Part shown: positions 63,801 through 64,000 of the stretch, piece by piece
Layout: every line of letters starts with the position of its first letter
How positions within the stretch are numbered: position 1 is the first letter of the stretch
Assembly (NCBI GenBank): GCA_031271175.1
Contig: JAISWE010000190.1
Coordinates: forward strand, 27-64,026
Reading direction: 5' to 3'
Length of the DNA stretch: 64,000 nt
DNA from: Bacteroidales bacterium
GTDB lineage: Bacteria > Bacteroidota > Bacteroidia > Bacteroidales > UBA4181
Notes under the pieces: model-generated
The model's database searches: none
What the model was told of the DNA's origin: nothing
What the model saw: the letters and a program-made list of their open reading frames with translations, nothing else
Translations under genes and position numbers: made by a program

Positions 63801-64000
63801 GATTTCCTGTCTGCCGTATCCCACGAAAGAAAACACCAACACGGCATCACGATCGGGAACACGGATGGAATATTTGCCGTTTCTGTCTGTTATTACACCT
63901 GTAGCAGTACCTTCCACTACCACGTTCACTCCCGGAAGGGGCGTTTCGCTTTCATCGGTAACAGTACCGGTAACAGGGATACCTTGCCGGGCTAAAACCG
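60870..64000 (-). CDS. SusC/RagA TonB-dependent transporter (N-terminus beyond the window edge)
   Basis: The frame stays open upstream of the tracked start to 64000 (..QGIPVTGTVTDESETPLPGVNVVVEG.., the CarboxypepD_reg domain). The plug and barrel end ..VFGANITF. Confidence 0.85.
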   Translation of the reverse strand, partial: VLARQGIPVTGTVTDESETPLPGVNVVVEGTATGVITDRNGKYSIRVPDRDAVLVFSFVGYGRQEIIVGDHSVISVVLSESSHVLDEVVVVGYGTVSRKNITGAVSSITGNDIRMAPISDVTQSLSGKVAGVQIIRSQGSPDADISIKIRGGTSITQSNEPLYIIDGFPIEDGLKEIEAGDIESIDILKDASSTAIYGARGANGVVLVTTKSGKKNQLNISYDMYYGVKKITKELKVLAPEDFVLLEYERFLYDAAGMANIMIPYYGNFDEYHTLYAERKGINWQQEVFEKHRTSTQQHKFSIDGGDENTRYFFTFTRNADKGIWYKSGLTRNNFRAKINQKASSWLQLSAGVSYTDEATTGITALQEGGYFSKMQHVVQYRPIMGKAGDDTQLLIDDQDPILLTEGSSQTQSPLASIEGETNDKRNRILNINGDVEIKIFPWLSYRGSAGVRKRMYNNDVFYDVRSKQAKNAGTPYGHKSVTDDESFMFNNVLTFNRELGQHQLTVLAGQELLKQDSRYLRTGATGFPEQHFGLNDMSLASVAEIPETVNKNEKLLSFFGRFNYGFRNKYLLTASLRTDGSTKFGKNHKWGYFPSASFAWRLSEENFMQQQTVFSDAKLRLSYGIAGNNRIPNYLSLSRMGSLWIPEGQGIEAGFASKQLQNPDLRWEKNITANLGIDFALLKGRLQLTVDLYNTDTDDLLLEAPVPMLSGYASTMVNAGATRNRGIELSLTSHNIVDSHFRWTTTLNLSHNKNTVQALYKTDYREIVSEWAVLSEFNKSDYIIRVGEPLGQMYGYVLDGIYVVNDFNYNAGTSKYEVKDGVPYDPAYYPEPGSWKFRDIAGENEGEISFDDKTVIGNAIPDLLGGITNTIVYKGFDLNIFLNFSIGNDIYSANKMYYTKLNNKHRNSLDLAKNRFSHIDAQGNNIFNDPQRLAEINEGKTLASVRKSSDLYFHSGYVEDGSFLKINTVSLGYTLPKTWTGKIHISAVRFYLTAYNLHTFTKYAGYDPEVNTVPNSGLTPGIDWGAYPSAKTYVFGANITF

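Overview
The window holds two unrelated genomic contexts joined at about 25,086.

Positions 1-25,085 look like a Firmicutes/Clostridia chromosome. Genes have AGGAGG-type Shine-Dalgarno sites, TTGACA-17-TATAAT promoters and hairpin plus T-run terminators, and the tRNA genes encode CCA. Host genes are ppa (partial), a nitroreductase, membrane proteins, and an operon of two Tim44-like/Zn-ribbon paralogs plus an SPFH/Zn-ribbon protein. tRNA-Ala(CGC) and tRNA(CAU) follow.

An integrated element of about 17 kb sits next to tRNA(CAU). It encodes a large serine recombinase, a small Zn-ribbon protein, a replication-relaxation-like protein, a TraD/VirD4-like ATPase and an orphan MT-A70 methyltransferase. 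It also has a string of tiny membrane ORFs, an orphan 309-aa gene, a lipoprotein, a 1091-aa BspA/DUF285 LRR surface protein, a VirB6/TrbL-like membrane protein and a double-HTH protein. I saw no VirB4-like ATPase and no phage structural genes.

Positions 25,086-64,000 look like Bacteroidota. There are no SD sites, TTTG-N19-TAnnTTTG promoters occur, and SusC/SusD loci and a T9SS C-terminal sorting domain are present.
- A SusD gene with a C-terminal susC fragment lies head-to-head with a 5'-truncated susC-susD locus. That locus also carries DUF4959/DUF4998-like lipoproteins, a Big_2/discoidin lipoprotein and a glycoside-hydrolase-like T9SS protein.
- Next come MlaFE-like ABC genes, glutathione peroxidase, and an 18-copy 22-bp tandem array nested in ~100-bp direct repeats.
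- Housekeeping and other genes follow: a glsB/glsA-like acyltransferase pair, parC, purN, mazG, queG, a second GH-like paralog, a DUF1080 plus Gfo/Idh/MocA pair, hisA, bactofilin and ilvC.
- The window ends with a susC-susD-sulfatase locus that runs off the edge.

The points most worth a second look are:
- the phylum-level junction at 25,086, which is probably a chimeric join;
- the VirB4-less element and its regulatory hairpins and leader;
- heptamer-periodic TTTCA tracts;
- the head-to-head truncated susC pair;
- the 22-bp tandem array.

All calls come from reading the sequence and ORF translations. No database search was run.
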